DNA of 24,000 nucleotides from Burkholderia glumae LMG 2196 = ATCC 33617 (GTDB lineage Bacteria; Pseudomonadota; Gammaproteobacteria; Burkholderiales; Burkholderiaceae): NCBI RefSeq assembly GCF_000960995.1, contig NZ_CP009433.1, positions 3 to 24,002 of the forward strand, read 5' to 3'. Shown piece by piece: positions 23,146 to 24,000 of this stretch (position 1 is its first letter; each line of letters starts with the position of its first letter). The notes under the pieces were generated by a model. It saw only the letters and a program-made list of their open reading frames with translations, ran no database searches and was not told where the DNA came from. The position numbers and the translations under genes were made by a program.

Positions 23146-23276
23146 TACAATGGTATCCGCCGCATTCGAGTCTGGCCTATCTGACGCCCAACGAGTTTAA
23201 GCAGCGATACTGTTCAACTGAGGCAATCGAGGCCGTTCCCCAAGATTGAAGCGGTCTGAAGAAATCAGGCAGGTCA
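23139..23276 (+). pseudogene. 3' remnant of IS3 copy 1 (end of orfB plus IRR)
   Basis: Continues orfB after the IS21 insertion (HYNGIR...). It lacks one G relative to copy 2 (atccgccgc vs atccggccgc), which gives ...RRIRVWPI-stop. Confidence 0.8.
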
Positions 23277-23918
23277 GATCGGCAAGGCCATCCGATGAGT
23301 GCCGACCGGGCTTGGCGCCTGTGGCGGCTCGCGGGCTTGCAAGTGCCTCGCAAACGCCCACGCCGGCGGGTATCGGTGCATCGCCCTGGGCCTCAGCCAG
23401 CCACGGCGGCTCGACACGTCTGGGCCTATGACTTCGTGTTCGATGCCTGCGCCAACGGTCAGCAGCTGAAGTGCCTGACGGTGATCGACGAATACACCCG
23501 CGAATGTCTGGCCATCGATGTGGGAGGGTCGATTCGCTCGGGGCGGGTGATCGAAGTGTTGTCACGACTGGTCAGCCTGCACGGTGCGCCACGTTACCTG
23601 CGTTCGGACAATGGGCCGGAGTTCGTGTCACGCGCCATTCTGAAATGGGCCGCCCGCAACGGCATGGAGATGGCGTTGAGCGATCCCGGCAAGCCTTGGC
23701 AAAACGGCACCGATGAAAGCTTCAACGGCAAGTTCAGGGACGAATGCCTGAGCCTGGAATGGTTTCGAACACGGCTCGAGGCCAAGGTCGTCATTGAGCA
23801 ATGGCGGCGTCACTACAATGGCATCCGGCCGCATTCGAGTTTGGCCTATCTGACGCCCAACGAGTTTAAGCAGCGATACTGTTCAACTGAGGCAATCGAG
23901 GCCGTTCCCCAAGATTGA
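23277..23918 (+). pseudogene. 5'-truncated IS3-family OrfB (DDE core intact, N-terminus and orfA missing)
   Basis: In frame from 23277 (DRQGHPMSADRAW...) to the stop at 23916-23918. It ends ...EQWRRHYNGIRPHSSLAYLTPNEFKQRYCSTEAIEAVPQD. Confidence 0.85.
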
Positions 23919-23945
23919 AGCGGTCCGAAGAAATCAGGCAGGTCA
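23277..23945 (+). mobile_element. IS3-family element copy 2, a 5'-truncated fragment (3' 669 bp with IRR)
   Basis: Homologous to 18482-19018 plus 23146-23276 of copy 1 with scattered substitutions. It ends with the IRR ...CAGGCAGGTCA at 23945. There is no orfA and no IRL. Confidence 0.85.
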
Positions 23946-24000
23946 CCGGCATACTCCCGGAGCAGGTTGCCCAGCACCTTGGGCACCGAATCCGGCAACG

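Larger units (their letters stand above)
17945..23276 (+). mobile_element. IS3-family insertion sequence (IS407-group-like), copy 1, ~1205 bp of own sequence split by a 4120-bp nested insertion
   Basis: IRL is TGACCTGTCCGGTGATTTTCGG at 17945. IRR ends ...GAAGAAATCAGGCAGGTCA at 23276 and is an imperfect inverted match to the IRL. orfA and orfB lie inside. The element body is 17945-19018 plus 23146-23276. Confidence 0.85.

Noticed and set aside
23946-24000. GC-rich 55 bp right of the IS3 fragment. The minus-strand frame reads LPDSVPKVLGNLLREYAG and may be the edge of a disrupted gene.
   Set aside because: Too short to identify or to establish a reading frame.

Overview
High-GC (~68-70%) betaproteobacterial DNA. 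The Burkholderia-like assignment is inferred from composition and the IS types. The window has two parts.

(1) Positions 1-17219 form one tightly packed minus-strand operon. Read from its 5' end at high coordinates, it encodes a BioF-like alpha-oxoamine synthase, a D-amino-acid-oxidase-family flavoprotein, an MDR/quinone oxidoreductase, a BioB-like radical-SAM sulfur-insertion enzyme and a NodU/CmcH carbamoyltransferase. These are followed by a 2671-aa hybrid NRPS-PKS (truncated C, A, T, KS, AT, DH, KR, ACP) and a second modular PKS (KS-AT-DH...). The second PKS starts at GTG 2883 and runs off the left edge. It is missing from the ORF track because it has no stop codon in the window. The two adjacent PKS modules share a 1378-bp, 99.7% identical AT cassette. 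I do not recognise the cluster as a characterised pathway. The biotin-pathway look-alike tailoring set is the most interesting feature.

(2) A ~725-bp AT-rich (~40% GC) spacer at 17220-17944 separates the operon from a three-level nested IS pile-up. A decayed IS3-family element is split by an IS21-family element (istA/istB, 7-bp target duplication). The left-end repeat array of that IS21 element is in turn split by an IS110/IS1111-family element. The 3' non-coding end of the IS110/IS1111 element contains a 10-nt match to its own left flank, so it is a bridge-RNA candidate. A second, 5'-truncated IS3 copy directly abuts the first.

No tRNA, rRNA or CRISPR array was seen. Many long ORFs in the track are wrong-frame or antisense shadows typical of high-GC DNA.
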